Source: a virus (lineage: Duplodnaviria; Caudoviricetes). Taken from it: 54,256 nt of DNA. The notes under the pieces were generated by a model. It did no database searches. It was not told the DNA's origin and saw only the letters and a list, made by a program, of their open reading frames with translations. The stretch is from positions 1-54,256 of the IMG/VR virus record IMGVR_UViG_3300033141_001736. The stretch is one strand, 5' to 3'. Positions 34,520 through 44,786 of the stretch are shown here, in pieces; position 1 is the stretch's first letter, and each line of letters begins with the position of its first letter. The position numbers were made by a program, and so were the translations under genes.

Positions 34520-35931
34520 TGGAAACTCAAATCTCGCCTGAAATCATCAAACAACTAGCCGCTGCGTTCCAGGCTCTGGCCGAACAAAAGTCAGCGGACG
34601 CAGGACCGACCGGCCCTGCATCTCTGTTCGGTAGCGGCGGCATCTTCTCCACACCCGGAGTAGAGCCTGACGTAATCACGGCCTATGTCCGTCCGCATGG
34701 GCTTATCACCGAACTGCCGCGAATGCCGTCCACCTATGAAAATCCTCGCTTCGCTACCATCACCGGCTTCACGGACACAGTTGGCTCGGAGCCTGCTCAG
34801 CCGTGCGATGACGCCCCGATGGGCTACATGAAGGGCTGCAATCTCACCGCTGCGTTCGGACGCCTCTCTCGGTCAACGCCGACGATTGAGTTCGACAAGG
34901 TGATGCTGCGATTGCACCGAGGTATCAGTACGGACCTTGCCCTGCGCGGGCGGGTGCTTGGCCTCGGTGACATGGCCCCCGCGGGGCTCAGCGAAGCAGA
35001 CATCCTCAATATCTACACAATGGCCGAGATGGTAACGGTCGGCGTGAATATTGAGCGCGAGTTGTCCAGGATGATTTGGCAGGGCACGCCTGCCAATAAC
35101 AACGTCGGCGGCGGCTACAAGGAATGCCCCGGCCTCGACAATCAAATCGCGACGGGCCAAGTGGATGCCGATACTGAGACTGCTTGCGAGGCGCTTGACA
35201 GCGATGTCAAGAACTTCAACAACAACCCTGTGACCGGTTCCTCACCGAGCATCGTCGAATACATGAGCATGATGGAGTTCTACCTGCGCTACAACGCGGA
35301 GCGCATGGGCCTCATGCCAGTCGAGTGGGTCATCGCAATGACCGAGGGCCTGTGGTTCGAGTTGACCGAAATCTGGCCCTGCCAGTACAACACGAACCGC
35401 TGCGCGTCAGCGGTCGTGGGCGACCAGTCCCGCACCGTCCTCGATGGTGGCGAGATGCGGTCCCAGATTGATGCGATGCGGACGGGCAAGTACATCGACA
35501 TCAACGGGCATCGTTATCGTGTCATCACCGATAGCGGCATCCTGGAAGAGAGCATCGGCTACGGCACGTTCCGCTCATCCATCTACTTCATCCCGCTCAC
35601 CATCACGGGTGGGTTCCAGGTCACCTACCTGGAGTACGTGGACTATCGGGCCGGCGCACGCGATACCGCTCTCTTGCGCGGCAATGAAACCTTCTGGACC
35701 GACCGCGGCATGTACTCTTGGGCCGCCGAATTCCAGAAGTGGTGCTACAAGTTGTCCTGCAAGATTGAGCCTCGCATTGTGCTGCGAACACCGCAGCTTG
35801 CCGGGCGCATCGACGATGTGCTCTACGAGCCGCTCCAGCACGTGCGCGAGCCGTATCCTGACAGCCCGTACTTCAAGGATGGCGGCGTGAGCCTCCGAGG
35901 CGGTGAAAGCCTGCACGCGGTCTGGCTCTAA
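34519..35931 (+). CDS. major capsid protein
   Basis: Position after the scaffold; IWQG...GLD HK97-fold pattern; GGAGG RBS; followed by a hairpin. Confidence 0.8.
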   Translation: METQISPEIIKQLAAAFQALAEQKSADAGPTGPASLFGSGGIFSTPGVEPDVITAYVRPHGLITELPRMPSTYENPRFATITGFTDTVGSEPAQPCDDAPMGYMKGCNLTAAFGRLSRSTPTIEFDKVMLRLHRGISTDLALRGRVLGLGDMAPAGLSEADILNIYTMAEMVTVGVNIERELSRMIWQGTPANNNVGGGYKECPGLDNQIATGQVDADTETACEALDSDVKNFNNNPVTGSSPSIVEYMSMMEFYLRYNAERMGLMPVEWVIAMTEGLWFELTEIWPCQYNTNRCASAVVGDQSRTVLDGGEMRSQIDAMRTGKYIDINGHRYRVITDSGILEESIGYGTFRSSIYFIPLTITGGFQVTYLEYVDYRAGARDTALLRGNETFWTDRGMYSWAAEFQKWCYKLSCKIEPRIVLRTPQLAGRIDDVLYEPLQHVREPYPDSPYFKDGGVSLRGGESLHAVWL

Positions 35932-35944
35932 CCTAGCGGATGAT

Positions 35945-35973
35945 GAGGGGGGAGGCTAACGGCCTCCCTCCTC
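35945..35973 (+). terminator. GC-rich hairpin after the capsid gene (no U-tract)
   Basis: gaggggggaggc-taacg-gcctccctcctc. Confidence 0.55.
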
Positions 35974-36014
35974 TGAGCCCAATCTGCACTAGAGAACCTG
36001 AGTAGCAGGGACCC

Positions 36015-36728
36015 ATGGGTTATCGCGTATTCGTCACAACCTCAGACAAGTATCTGCTTGCTCTGAGGCCTTTTGCTTGGCTTTTCAACAAGTACTGGTC
36101 CCCCGAAGTCGAGGTCATTGTGGGCGGCTTCACGCCGCCTTCATTTTCGCTGCCGTCGAACTTTCATTTCATGGTCCTGGGCGAGCAAGAGAAGTATCCG
36201 GTGGATAGGTGGTCGGATGCTTTTATCCGCATGGTGGAGTACCTGGGCGATGAAATATTCGCCTTCATGCTGGAGGACTACTGGATAACAGAGCCTGTGG
36301 ACCTGCGCGCGGTTCAGATGCTATACGATTACATGCGCCAGTTTCGCTATGTCATCCGCATGGACCTGACAACGGACCGTATGTTCGCGGGCGGGGCGCA
36401 GCCTTACGGCAAGGTCGAGGACATTGAATTGGTGAAGTCGTCGCCGGGTTCGCCGTATCATATGAGCCTGATGACTGCGTTTTGGCGCACAGAGCATCTA
36501 ATGAAAATCTTGGTCCCGCATGAGAGCCCTTGGGACATAGAAATCAAAGGGACAACAAGGCTCTCTGCTTTTGGCGATACGATGCTGGTACTCGGCACAA
36601 AAGTTGCGCCCGTGAAGCATTGCCTCGCCTTCCGCGCAGACCAGCCCGGCAAGCTGCTTCTCGATGGCTTGAAGGCAGAGGATATTGATGAGATGAGAAA
36701 CCTCGGCCTACTGGAGGGATTAGAATGA
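36015..36728 (+). CDS. putative GT-A glycosyltransferase
   Basis: TSDKY...FNKYW, FMLEDYW metal motif, ESPW.IE; cluster context. Confidence 0.6.
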   Translation: MGYRVFVTTSDKYLLALRPFAWLFNKYWSPEVEVIVGGFTPPSFSLPSNFHFMVLGEQEKYPVDRWSDAFIRMVEYLGDEIFAFMLEDYWITEPVDLRAVQMLYDYMRQFRYVIRMDLTTDRMFAGGAQPYGKVEDIELVKSSPGSPYHMSLMTAFWRTEHLMKILVPHESPWDIEIKGTTRLSAFGDTMLVLGTKVAPVKHCLAFRADQPGKLLLDGLKAEDIDEMRNLGLLEGLE

Positions 36729-37948
36729 TAAAACAGAAAGGCAAGGCGGGGCGAAGGGCCATTCGGCGTGTCGGCACCGGCGACTTCAATGCTTCCCTGC
36801 GCATGGTCACTCTTGTGAATAAGGTGCTAGCATCGGGCCGCCTTTCCTATGGGCCGATGTCTAAGAGGTTCGAAAGAGAGTTCGCACGGCTCCACGGCTG
36901 CCGTTATGGCATTCTCTCAAACAGCGGCACTTCCAGTCTCCATGTTGCTCTCCAGGCCATGAAAGAGATACACGGCTGGCGGGATGGAGATGAAGTTATT
37001 GTGCCTGCTTCGACGTTCGTGGCAACCGTCAATGTCGTCCTGCACAATCGCCTGAAGCCTGTTCTCGCGGACATCACGGTTCACGACTACGGCCTGAACC
37101 CGCGGGAGGTCGTCAAGAAACTCACGAACCGAACACGGGCCATCATCCCCGTTCATTTGTATGGGCAGCCTTGCAACATGCGCGCATTGATGGCGATTGC
37201 CGACAGGTACAGTTTGAAAATCATCGAGGATAGTTGCGAGTGCATGTTCGCAGCCCATCACGGAATGCCCGTTGGCTCCATGGGCGACATCGGATGCTTC
37301 AGCCTATACAATGCCCATATCATCACCGCGGGCGTCGGCGGCATTGCAACGACCAGCAATCCGGATTACGCCAAGGTGATGAGGTCGCTGGTCAATCACG
37401 GCCTTGATATTCAGGAGTTGAACACAGATGAAAATTTCTCGCCCCGGCCCGTTACTGGCCGCTCTTTTCGTTTCAGCCTTTGTGGTCACAGTTATCGCAT
37501 CACGGAATTGGAAGCTGCGCTGGCGTTGGCGCAGTTAGAGGATTGGCAGCAAATCATCAAGACACGCCGCAGGAATGCGCGACACCTACGCACTGGCTTG
37601 CGCAACATCGAACGCGAGATAGGTGTGAGCCTGTGGTATCTACCAAGCGCGCGCCAGGGCAACACGCATTCGTGGATGATGTTCCCCATTCTGCTCCGAC
37701 GGGATGTGCTCGCCAAAGAGAAATTCATTCGATGCCTCAATGCTCTGGGTATCGAGACACGAGACATGATGCCCATCGTTTCGCAGCCCATTTACAAGGA
37801 TTGGATTAGGCCGGAAGATTATCCCGTTTCGAAGTATGTAGACGAGAATGGCTTCTATATCGGCTGCCATCCCGGACTGACGCCGGACGACATCGAGTAC
37901 GTTTTGCAGGTCTTCCGCGATTACATTTACGAGACGTGCCGTGTTTGA
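36725..37948 (+). CDS. DegT/DnrJ/EryC1/StrS PLP enzyme, His-type (ColD/E1-like dehydratase)
   Basis: NSGTSSL, TFVAT, PVHLYG, IEDSCE, FSLYNAHIIT with His at the usual Lys position. Confidence 0.9.
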   Translation: MIKQKGKAGRRAIRRVGTGDFNASLRMVTLVNKVLASGRLSYGPMSKRFEREFARLHGCRYGILSNSGTSSLHVALQAMKEIHGWRDGDEVIVPASTFVATVNVVLHNRLKPVLADITVHDYGLNPREVVKKLTNRTRAIIPVHLYGQPCNMRALMAIADRYSLKIIEDSCECMFAAHHGMPVGSMGDIGCFSLYNAHIITAGVGGIATTSNPDYAKVMRSLVNHGLDIQELNTDENFSPRPVTGRSFRFSLCGHSYRITELEAALALAQLEDWQQIIKTRRRNARHLRTGLRNIEREIGVSLWYLPSARQGNTHSWMMFPILLRRDVLAKEKFIRCLNALGIETRDMMPIVSQPIYKDWIRPEDYPVSKYVDENGFYIGCHPGLTPDDIEYVLQVFRDYIYETCRV

Positions 37949-38672
37949 GAACGAATACTGGACGCGCTTTGAAAATCTCCCTCCCATTGAGGGTTCCGGC
38001 TATTGGGCCAACCGCCGCAAAAACATGCGGGCGCATATGGTCAAAGAGCCGCCAGATAAGCCGTGGACATGGAGTACCGTCATAGCAACAATGTATGTCG
38101 GCCACGGCAACAAAAAGGTCATCAAAGCCGCCAAAGAAATCCCTCCCGAATGGCTCGGCAGGCTCGAAGGCGAAGAGGATGCTCCCAACCTCGTTTGCCA
38201 AGCATATCACCTGTGGCGCTGGCTACGTCGTCAATCGTCCCTGCGCTTGGAGGACCTGAGTACCATTGTGGAGTTCGGTGGCGGCTATGGGGCGATGGTT
38301 GTCGTTTGCTCTGCTCTTGGCTTCCGCGGCGATTACTACATCTACGACTATCCCGAAATGGCATTGATGCAGGAGTATCACCTGGGCACCCGCGAGATTG
38401 AATGTAGTGTCCATTGGGAGCCGCATCCCAGAAAGCCCGACCTGTTCATCTCGTGCAATGGCATCGACGAGGCGCCGCTTGATGAGCGAGAAGCATTCTT
38501 GGGGACAATCAGGCCATCGCAGTTCTTGATTGTCGCTCAACACATGTGGCTGGACATCAATAACTACAATTACTTCCACGACTGGGCGCAAAGACAATTC
38601 AGCAAGTGGCGTGTCCTATGGGCCATTGAGAAAGACGGCAACGCAATCTATATCATGTCGATAGGGCGATAG
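37941..38672 (+). CDS. putative sugar O-methyltransferase
   Basis: SAM motif IVEFGGGYG, Y.IYD.PE...Q..HL. Confidence 0.75.
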   Translation: MFENEYWTRFENLPPIEGSGYWANRRKNMRAHMVKEPPDKPWTWSTVIATMYVGHGNKKVIKAAKEIPPEWLGRLEGEEDAPNLVCQAYHLWRWLRRQSSLRLEDLSTIVEFGGGYGAMVVVCSALGFRGDYYIYDYPEMALMQEYHLGTREIECSVHWEPHPRKPDLFISCNGIDEAPLDEREAFLGTIRPSQFLIVAQHMWLDINNYNYFHDWAQRQFSKWRVLWAIEKDGNAIYIMSIGR

Positions 38673-38673
38673 T

Positions 38674-39444
38674 ATGCAGGAACGACAGAATGTAGTTGTC
38701 GTTGGATACCCGAGAAGCGGAAACACATGGCTTGCCCGATTGCTCGGCAACGCTCTCAATTCCCCCGTGACCGGCTTGAAAAAAGCAATGCCTCTTGCTA
38801 ATGAGGGCAAAGACCGTCCCGGTCCTTACTGGGTGAGACAGTTACATCTTCATCCTCATGCAGGCCCCTGCGAGCACAAGGTTGCGCTTGTCAACGCGGG
38901 AACGTTTTGTCTTGATAATTGGCGCGATGAGCGGATAGCTTTCATCGTCCGCGACCCTCGCGATGTCGCCGTGAGCGCCGCGAGTTACTGGCACATGCCG
39001 CTTGCCAAGACCGTTCGGCGCATGAAGGATGCGAAGTTTCCGATGGGCTTTGGGCCATGGTCGAAGTTCGTCCGCGACTGGCTCCACGTCTACAAAAACA
39101 ATGTGGACCACCGCATGATAGTTGTGAAGTATGAGGCCCTGAACGAGGATACAGTTGCCATCCTGGGAGCGGCCCTTGCGATGCTCGACCTTGAACCCGT
39201 AAAGCCTTTGGAACAGGTTGCGGCGGAAGAAAGCATCGAGGCCAAACGCAAGCAGGTTATGAAAGATGGCGACCAGCGGCCTTACGGCAAGGACATACAG
39301 TTGCACCATCTCCGGAAAGGCATCGTGGGCGACTGGAAGAACTGGGACTGGTCCAGCATCGGCCCGTTTGCGGACGAGACGTTTGGCCCCACGATGGACC
39401 TGCTCGGCTACGAAAGAGAGGAGAACTGGTGGTCATCCCGATAG
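38674..39444 (+). CDS. PAPS-dependent sulfotransferase
   Basis: YPRSGNTW (5'-PSB), RDPRDVAVS (3'-PB), RKG.VGDWKN. Confidence 0.92.
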   Translation: MQERQNVVVVGYPRSGNTWLARLLGNALNSPVTGLKKAMPLANEGKDRPGPYWVRQLHLHPHAGPCEHKVALVNAGTFCLDNWRDERIAFIVRDPRDVAVSAASYWHMPLAKTVRRMKDAKFPMGFGPWSKFVRDWLHVYKNNVDHRMIVVKYEALNEDTVAILGAALAMLDLEPVKPLEQVAAEESIEAKRKQVMKDGDQRPYGKDIQLHHLRKGIVGDWKNWDWSSIGPFADETFGPTMDLLGYEREENWWSSR

Positions 39445-40268
39445 ATGATGCCTTATTCGGACATGCAAAAGCCATCGGTTTCTCGGGTGAGAATGCGGGC
39501 CGCAGCCCAACCTACTTCGAGTGGCTGCGGGAAGACCGTGAGCATCAAGACATGAAGGTCTTTACAGACGCTTCGCTGAAGCGTGCGGCAGAAGACCCAA
39601 CGCCGCGCAAGGTTGCTTTGATACTAGAGCCTTACTGCCTGCATCCTGAGCCCTATGAAACGGCAGCGGCCATGATTGAACACTTTGACGCTATCTTCAC
39701 GCACCACACGGCTTGGGCGAACAGAGGCAAGCCGTGGCGCTGGTATCCCTTTGGCGGCTCATGGATAAAGGATTGGCCCCAGAGCGTCCCCAAGACGCGT
39801 AAGGTGAGCATACTTGTTTCGAAGAAGCGGGCCACAGACGGCCACCGGCTCCGCCACAAAGTAGCAACGACCTTCAATCATATCTTGGATGTCTACGGCG
39901 AGCCTTATACGCAATGGCTAAGTAACAAGCGGCAGGCGCTGGAGCCTTATGCGTTCTCGGTTGTGATAGAGAATTGTGCCGCTGAAGGTTTCTTTACTGA
40001 GAAGTTACTTGACTGTTTCGCTCTGAGGACGGTTCCTATCTACTGGGGCGCGCCGGACATTCACCGCTACTTCGACCCTGATGGCATCATCACTTTCCAT
40101 TCGATCTATGATTTGGCGAGTATCCTTTCGCGTCTAACGCCTGACGAGTATACAAAAAGGCTCTCTGCAATCGAAAGCAATGCGCATCGGGCTATTATCT
40201 ATCGGACGCCGGAAGACTGGCTATATGAGCGTTATCCCGAATTCTTCGCCACCGGAGGGCTTAGATGA
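39429..40268 (+). CDS. GT10 (alpha-1,3-fucosyltransferase-like) glycosyltransferase
   Basis: Y.FSVVIEN...FFTEKLLDCF...TVPIYWG. Confidence 0.85.
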   Translation: MVIPIDDALFGHAKAIGFSGENAGRSPTYFEWLREDREHQDMKVFTDASLKRAAEDPTPRKVALILEPYCLHPEPYETAAAMIEHFDAIFTHHTAWANRGKPWRWYPFGGSWIKDWPQSVPKTRKVSILVSKKRATDGHRLRHKVATTFNHILDVYGEPYTQWLSNKRQALEPYAFSVVIENCAAEGFFTEKLLDCFALRTVPIYWGAPDIHRYFDPDGIITFHSIYDLASILSRLTPDEYTKRLSAIESNAHRAIIYRTPEDWLYERYPEFFATGGLR

Positions 40269-43222
40269 AGGTCTACATGCTGCCTCGGTTGGCTGACATG
40301 GGCCGCGAGGAGAGCGGCATCAAGCGAGTTATCGAAGCGTACCTTCAGTATCTTCCGGCTCACGGCTTTGAGTTCGTAGATAGGCCAGAAGATGCGGAGT
40401 TGCGGGTTTCTCATGCGGGAGCGGGCATCGGGGTTGAAGTAGTTCATTGCCACGGCCTTTATTGGACCGCTGACTATCCGGCGTCAAACTGGGAATGGGC
40501 GGTGAACAGAGATGTGATTGAGGCCTGCCGCCGCGCCAAAGCCATCACCGTCCCTAGCGATTGGGTCGCTGAAACTTTCCGGCGGGATATGCGGCTTGCT
40601 CCGTACATAGTGCCGCACGGTATCGAATGGCGAAAGTATGAGCCTCGAAAGGAGCGGGCGGGCCACGTTCTCTGGAACAAGAACCGCATCGGCGATGTAT
40701 GCGACCCTGCGCCTCTCATCTATCTTGCGGCTCAGTTTGAAAATGTCGACTTCATCACTACATTTGCGAAAGGGCCTGTAACGCCCAATGTCCGAGTGAC
40801 GGGCCTTCAGCCTCATGGCTTGATGATGGAGACGCTTGCGAATGCGGGCGTGTATCTCGCGACCACCAAGGAGACGTTCGGCATTGGCATCCTCGAGGCA
40901 ATGGCTCTCGGTGTACCCGTCTTGGGTTTCAATCACGGCGGCGTGGTCGAGATGGTTGAGCATCTCGAAACCGGCTACCTCGCCCAACCCGGAGACTATC
41001 AGGACTTGGCGGAGGGACTGAGGTACTGTCTCGAAGAAGGCCCGCGGCTAGGCGCAAATGGGCGCGAAGCAGTAAAGCAATTCACCTGGGAGAAGGTTGC
41101 AAAGAAGGTCGCGGCCATCTACCGCCTCGCTGCTAAAGAAGAAGAGCCGACGGCGGCCATCATCATCCCCTGCTACAACTACGAGAAAATCGTGGGCCGG
41201 GCAATCGAGAGCGCCCGCGCTCAAACCTATCCTCTGCTCACAAAGATAATCGTCATTGACGACGGCTCGGATAATCCGGAAGCCGTGAAACGGGCAGTCA
41301 AAGAGGCCGCACAAGGCGACGCGCGCGTGATGCTTGTCCGCCAAGAAAACAGCGGCGTAGCCATTGCGCGTAACACAGGCATCGCAGCCGCGGGCACAAA
41401 GTACGTTGCGTGTTTGGACGCTGACGATGCCATCGGGCCGCGTTTCATGGAGGTTTGCATTGAGGCTCTTGAAGCAGACCGCTCTCTCGGCATCGCCTAC
41501 ACGGGCCTGCGCTGGATAAAGCCAGACGGCACGACGGGCATCTCCCGCTGGCCCGCTGACTGGGACTACGACCAGCAACTTCGGCGGCGCAATCAGGTGC
41601 CTACCTGCTGCGTGTTTCGAAGAGAGATGTGGGAGCGACTAGGCGGATACAAAGCCCGATATGCTCCGAAAGGTGCTGGTTCAGAGGACGCCGAGTTTTG
41701 GACACGCGCTGGAGCGTATGGGTGGGCAGCGAAAAAGGTTACTGCGGAGCCGCTGTTTGTCTATTCATGGCTCAGCGGCAGGGTGTCGGGCAATGAGGAG
41801 TACCGTGAGGTTGACTGGCTGGCATGGCATCCGTGGGTCAAGGACCAGCAGCATCCTTTCGCAAGTTACGCAACGCCACGCCAGCAGAGCCATCCAGTTC
41901 GCGAATATGATGAGCCGCTTATCTCTGTCATCATCCCTGTTTCCGCGGCCCATGTCAAAACGCTGGCAGATAGCCTTGATAGCCTGGAAGCGCAGACATT
42001 CAGGCGGTGGGAAGCGGTCGTAGTCGATGATAGCGGCGAAAACATAGTCGATAGGTATAAAGTATCCTATCCCTACGTAAGATGGGTTAGAACCGAGGAA
42101 AAGGCGGGTGCAGGGAAGGCTAGGAACCTGGGGGTTGATAATGCCCGTGCCAATCTAATCGTGTTCCTCGATGCAGACGACTGGCTCTATCCCGAGGCGC
42201 TCGAAGTCATGCTGGAAGCCTTCAATGATGAGCCTGCCATCATATACACAGACTACGTTGGCAAGGCGAAGATTGATAATCCCGACGATTTGGCCGATGA
42301 CCTCAAAGAGCGCATCTACTACCATGATGAAAGGACGGGCGATGCCGTTATCGGGTTCCGCTCAGCCGATTATGACCCGCGCGTGTGCCAGCACCAGCCG
42401 CCCGAACACGGCCAGCCTTTGATTTGGGCGCTGGTAACTTGTCTCTATCCGAAGGCATGGCACTATGAAATCGGCGGCTTCGATGAGAGCATGGATTCTT
42501 GGGAGGACGTTGACTACCATTGGCGGCTTGCTAAGGCGGGCAAGTGTTATGTGCGCGTTCCCCAAGAGCTCGCGGTTGTCCGCTTCTACACAGGCACCCG
42601 GCGAGACCTGGGTGTACAAAAGCATCGGAGGCTTATATCATACCTGCGAAAGAAATACGAGGAGATTGAAGTTATGGGATGCGGGTGCGGTGCGCGCAAA
42701 ACATACAACCCGCGCAGGCCAGCGTTGCCGCGCGCGGTGCCGACGAATACTACTAAGGAGGCTTCAATGCAAGACGGCGAGTTCGTCCTGGCAAAGTACT
42801 TACATCCGAACCGAGGCAAGCATCGAGTTATTGGCGGCAATACGAAGATAGACTACGGCCGGAGGGCTGGCGGCGAGACGTTTTTGGTGCATGTAAACGA
42901 TGTCCAAGGCCAGCCGCACTTGTTCCAGAGGATTGAGCAGCCCCAACCCGCGCCCAAACCTATCACTCCGGCTGCCCCGCCAAAGGTGGAGGCGGAAGTC
43001 TATGAGCCAGAGCCGATTGAAATCTCAACCGAATTGGAGATTGAACTGCTCCCCGGCGTGACACCCAAGATTGCGGAAGCACTCCGCGAGGCGGGCTTTG
43101 ATAATGCCGAGGCGATAATCAGCGCCGGTGAGGGAGGGCTGCAAGAGGTCAAGGGCATTGGCCCGACAAAGGCCAAGCAAATCTACGAGGCCGTGTCATT
43201 GCTTGCGAGGTCGGTTTCGTGA
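40265..43222 (+). CDS. multidomain glycosyltransferase GT4-GT2-GT2 with C-terminal helix-hairpin-helix
   Basis: ETFGIGILEAMA.G.PV (GT4); IIPCYN..DDGS..ARN..LDADD and VIIP..VDDS..ARN..LDADD (GT2 x2); LPGV/VKGIGP HhH. Confidence 0.9.
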   Translation: MKVYMLPRLADMGREESGIKRVIEAYLQYLPAHGFEFVDRPEDAELRVSHAGAGIGVEVVHCHGLYWTADYPASNWEWAVNRDVIEACRRAKAITVPSDWVAETFRRDMRLAPYIVPHGIEWRKYEPRKERAGHVLWNKNRIGDVCDPAPLIYLAAQFENVDFITTFAKGPVTPNVRVTGLQPHGLMMETLANAGVYLATTKETFGIGILEAMALGVPVLGFNHGGVVEMVEHLETGYLAQPGDYQDLAEGLRYCLEEGPRLGANGREAVKQFTWEKVAKKVAAIYRLAAKEEEPTAAIIIPCYNYEKIVGRAIESARAQTYPLLTKIIVIDDGSDNPEAVKRAVKEAAQGDARVMLVRQENSGVAIARNTGIAAAGTKYVACLDADDAIGPRFMEVCIEALEADRSLGIAYTGLRWIKPDGTTGISRWPADWDYDQQLRRRNQVPTCCVFRREMWERLGGYKARYAPKGAGSEDAEFWTRAGAYGWAAKKVTAEPLFVYSWLSGRVSGNEEYREVDWLAWHPWVKDQQHPFASYATPRQQSHPVREYDEPLISVIIPVSAAHVKTLADSLDSLEAQTFRRWEAVVVDDSGENIVDRYKVSYPYVRWVRTEEKAGAGKARNLGVDNARANLIVFLDADDWLYPEALEVMLEAFNDEPAIIYTDYVGKAKIDNPDDLADDLKERIYYHDERTGDAVIGFRSADYDPRVCQHQPPEHGQPLIWALVTCLYPKAWHYEIGGFDESMDSWEDVDYHWRLAKAGKCYVRVPQELAVVRFYTGTRRDLGVQKHRRLISYLRKKYEEIEVMGCGCGARKTYNPRRPALPRAVPTNTTKEASMQDGEFVLAKYLHPNRGKHRVIGGNTKIDYGRRAGGETFLVHVNDVQGQPHLFQRIEQPQPAPKPITPAAPPKVEAEVYEPEPIEISTELEIELLPGVTPKIAEALREAGFDNAEAIISAGEGGLQEVKGIGPTKAKQIYEAVSLLARSVS

Positions 43223-43223
43223 T

Positions 43224-43538
43224 ATGGTAGGGGCGACTGATTTCCTGATACTGGGGCTAGCAGTTTGGCGGCTCTCATCGCTGCTGGTCGTAGAGGAGGG
43301 GCCGTGGCGAATTCTGCAAAGGTTCAGGTCTTGGTTCCGCCGCATGTCGCCAGAACCCTTAGACAAATCAAGCGAGACAGAGCTTGGAAAGCTGTTCTCT
43401 TGCGTTTGGTGCATGTCGATATGGGTGGGTTCATTTACTGCCCTTGGCTACTATTTCTTCCCGTGCCTTATCCGCTGGATTGCGTTGCCTTTTTCGCTGA
43501 GCGCGATGGCGGCCATCGTGGACCGAATTCTGGAGTAG
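43224..43538 (+). CDS. DUF1360-like membrane protein
   Basis: LA.WRLS.L...E.GP...L.SC.WC.SIW. Confidence 0.75.
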   Translation: MVGATDFLILGLAVWRLSSLLVVEEGPWRILQRFRSWFRRMSPEPLDKSSETELGKLFSCVWCMSIWVGSFTALGYYFFPCLIRWIALPFSLSAMAAIVDRILE

Positions 43539-43541
43539 GAG

Positions 43542-44786
43542 ATGTCGATAGCGAAAACTCCGACACTATTAGCCTTGGATAGATGGGCTGAAATCCTCGG
43601 CATCAATCCCGCTCACTTCAACGAGGGCGTTGGCACAAACATCATGCCTCAACTGGGCGGCGGCTGCCAGGACATCTACTGGCAGTACCCTTGGCAGGCC
43701 GGAGGGAGAGTTTCGCGCGAAGAAATTGCCCAGGCGATTGCCCGCGCGGAGGAGGACATAGCACTCTACCTCGGCTACTGGCCCGCGCCCAAATGGACCA
43801 AGAATGAACTTGTCCATATGGAGCATCCTTACCGCCGTGAATACTTCGGCACGGGCCTGAACATCAAAGGGCAACACAAAGCCGTCCGCACGAAATGGGG
43901 CCGCTTTATCGCGGGCGGGGAGCGAGGCGTCTCAGCGGTCGACACGGGTGTGGCGGTTGTGTATAGCGACGATGATGGCGACGGCTACGATGAAACCGCA
44001 ACCGTCTCTTGCGCCACAACCCTCACGGACGCATGTGAAATCAAGGTGTATTTCAAAGGGCACTCAGAGCAGGAATGGGAGATAAGGCCCGCGCGGACAA
44101 AGCAAATCTCAGGTGGCACATTCACGGCAACTTTCTGGTCGTGGCAACTGATTGACCCTAAACGCTGGTTCGAACTGCCGACCAGCAGGCAAGCAGGCGC
44201 AGAGGATTTGGAAGCCGCCATCTATGTTTCCGAGGTGGATGTCTATCGAGAGTACAATGACTACTCCAAGCCGGGCGTTGTGTTCTACTGGGAAGACAGG
44301 CCAGGAGGCTGCGGCTCTTGCCCGGCCTGTGAACATGAAGCACAAGAAGGATGCCTGCATGTGCGCGACCGCGACCAGGGTATCGCGGTGCCTATGGCCG
44401 CTTCCTTTGACGGCACGGACTGGGTGGAACAGACGCTCCAGGTTTGCCGAGACCCTGACATCCTGCGGGTTTCTTACTATCACGGAGAGGTGAGCGACCG
44501 CTACTTGCAAGGCTTGGATTGCGACCCATTGAGTGACTGGTGGGCCGAAACTATCGCGTGGTTGGCGACCGCTCGCTTGCCACGGCCTCTGTGTTCGTGC
44601 AACAATGTGACGTTGCTTGCACGGAACCTAATGCAAGATTTGGCCCAGACAGAACCCGACGGGCCTAGCTACACTCTTTCGGAGGATGTGCTTGAAAATC
44701 CGTTCGGCTCACGTCGTGGCGAGGTCATTGCATGGCGGCGGGTTTCTAAACTCAGGGGCAAACGGGTAAGGACGGCGGTAATTTGA
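43542..44786 (+). CDS. putative head-tail adaptor / virion protein
   Basis: AI..AE.DI..YLGY N-terminus; position before the tail genes. Confidence 0.55.
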   Translation: MSIAKTPTLLALDRWAEILGINPAHFNEGVGTNIMPQLGGGCQDIYWQYPWQAGGRVSREEIAQAIARAEEDIALYLGYWPAPKWTKNELVHMEHPYRREYFGTGLNIKGQHKAVRTKWGRFIAGGERGVSAVDTGVAVVYSDDDGDGYDETATVSCATTLTDACEIKVYFKGHSEQEWEIRPARTKQISGGTFTATFWSWQLIDPKRWFELPTSRQAGAEDLEAAIYVSEVDVYREYNDYSKPGVVFYWEDRPGGCGSCPACEHEAQEGCLHVRDRDQGIAVPMAASFDGTDWVEQTLQVCRDPDILRVSYYHGEVSDRYLQGLDCDPLSDWWAETIAWLATARLPRPLCSCNNVTLLARNLMQDLAQTEPDGPSYTLSEDVLENPFGSRRGEVIAWRRVSKLRGKRVRTAVI

